From contig JAJRWI010000048.1 of the NCBI GenBank assembly GCA_024276825.1, positions 1 to 57,367 of the forward strand: DNA of 57,367 nucleotides, read 5' to 3'. The DNA is from an archaeon (GTDB taxonomy: Archaea > Asgardarchaeota > Thorarchaeia > Thorarchaeales > Thorarchaeaceae). This document shows, piece after piece, positions 56,449-57,367 of the stretch. The notes under the pieces were generated by a model that was not told the origin of the DNA, searched no databases, and saw nothing but the letters and a program-made list of their open reading frames with translations. The translations under genes were made by a program, and so were the position numbers. Each line of letters begins with the position of its first letter. The stretch's first letter is position 1.

Positions 56449-56823
56449 ATGACCGATGATGAAGAGCGAAAGGCAAAGATTGAGAGTCCCGAGTCCTTAA
56501 AGGCTCTTGCAGAAGTTCTCTCGCTCCTTGGCAACCTTACCCGGCTTCGTGTAATAGCTGCACTGAGTAAACGACCAATGTTCATTCAGGAACTGAGTAG
56601 TGAGTTGAAAATATCATACCCACTTCTCCACTTGCATCTCAAGAATATGGAGAAGCATGGACTCGTTAAGAGTGAATACACAGTTGGTACAGACAAATCT
56701 ACACGTTATGTCAAGCGGTATTTCACATTAGTGAAGTTCAAATTGGAAATAACTGATGAGCTCATCGCACAACTTGCAGAAAGGGGCTCAAGAAAGGCTC
56801 GAAAGGGAAAACGTAAGAGGTAA
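56449..56823 (+). CDS. ArsR-family winged-helix transcription regulator
   Basis: LGNLTRLRVI..L..RPMFIQELS.EL.ISYPLLHLHLKNME.HGLV. Confidence 0.88.
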   Translation: MTDDEERKAKIESPESLKALAEVLSLLGNLTRLRVIAALSKRPMFIQELSSELKISYPLLHLHLKNMEKHGLVKSEYTVGTDKSTRYVKRYFTLVKFKLEITDELIAQLAERGSRKARKGKRKR

Positions 56824-56828
56824 GAAAA

Positions 56829-57155
56829 ATGAAGAGAGCATCTAACAAAATTCTAGCTGGACTCTCGATCACATTAATGGGATTTGGGTTTCCAGCGATA
56901 CTCGTATATCTTGCTGCATTTTATGCATTCAACATATGGTTCGTTGGAATCTTTACATTCCTATCTTTGCTTGGCGCTGCTGTTGTGACTTTCATCATTT
57001 TCATATTTGCAGATTCTGACATTTGGGATGACAATGAGGATCTCGAGGAGCGCCACAATGAACTGGTTCGAACAATGGCATCACTCATCCAACGACTTGA
57101 GAGAGTACAAGTAGATCTCAAAGAGATTGATGAAACACTAAGGATGGAGGAATGA
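56829..57155 (+). CDS. Two-TM protein with C-terminal coiled coil
   Basis: Two hydrophobic helices then heptad-patterned LIQRLERVQVDLKEIDETL. Confidence 0.75.
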   Translation: MKRASNKILAGLSITLMGFGFPAILVYLAAFYAFNIWFVGIFTFLSLLGAAVVTFIIFIFADSDIWDDNEDLEERHNELVRTMASLIQRLERVQVDLKEIDETLRMEE

Positions 57156-57158
57156 GAG

Positions 57159-57281
57159 ATGAGGAAAGTATCAAAAAGTGAAGAGATCAAGCTAATGCGT
57201 CGTGCTGAGCAAAAGATCACAGAGATCGAACATCTAGTCAAGTCAATCAAAGAGTCCCTAAAGAGAATTGAAGGATCTTAA
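57159..57281 (+). CDS. 40-aa coiled-coil small protein, below the ORF-track cutoff
   Basis: MRKVSKSEEIKLMRRAEQKITEIEHLVKSIKESLKRIEGS*; GGAGG RBS; starts 3 nt after the previous stop. Confidence 0.55.
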   Translation: MRKVSKSEEIKLMRRAEQKITEIEHLVKSIKESLKRIEGS

Positions 57282-57367
57282 GTGATATTGTTCGGAATAT
57301 CATTCAGTTCTGCATGTATTGGGATGCCCACATTTCTATCTTTGCATTTTATCCACGTTTCCGTCCA

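Noticed and set aside
267-57250. Numerous 60-160 aa ORFs antisense to or nested in recognised genes
   Set aside because: Shadow ORFs of well-supported CDS with no independent motifs
57278-57367. Possible 3' end of a - strand gene running off the window
   Set aside because: Only 29 open codons are visible, too little to support a call

Overview
A gene-dense archaeal chromosomal segment. The archaeal call rests on aRF1 with NIKS/YxC/GGQ motifs, a crenarchaeal-type single-OB SSB, archaeal Ino1, DUF99 and TATA-like promoters. A roadblock protein, a Vps62/NPP1-like motif protein and Site-1-protease-like S8 enzymes suggest an Asgard, Thorarchaeia-like host; this is inference only. The window holds about 50 CDS. 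They cover housekeeping and metabolism, an SCP2 + two FAD-oxidoreductase + CCG/Fe-S operon, O2/NO and iron defence (rubrerythrin, FprA, VIT1), two atypical transcarbamylases, a Dpp/Opp ABC system and several proteases. No rRNA, tRNA, CRISPR array or transposase was recognised. The most notable unexplained structure is: (1) a stand-alone ~235-nt end-paired, probably pseudoknotted candidate ncRNA at 19131-19368 (-) with its own TATA and T-run, upstream of ssb; (2) a Cas4-like Fe-S nuclease split into two genes, each with its own membrane anchor (23480-24396); (3) a ~3.3-kb MFS/TSUP/rhodanese cassette bounded by 24-bp inverted repeats and clustered TTGGACA motifs, with no recombinase; (4) two propeptide-less Site-1-protease-like S8 enzymes; (5) two single in-frame TAA stops that interrupt otherwise intact genes. 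All family assignments come from motif recognition by eye; no searches were run.
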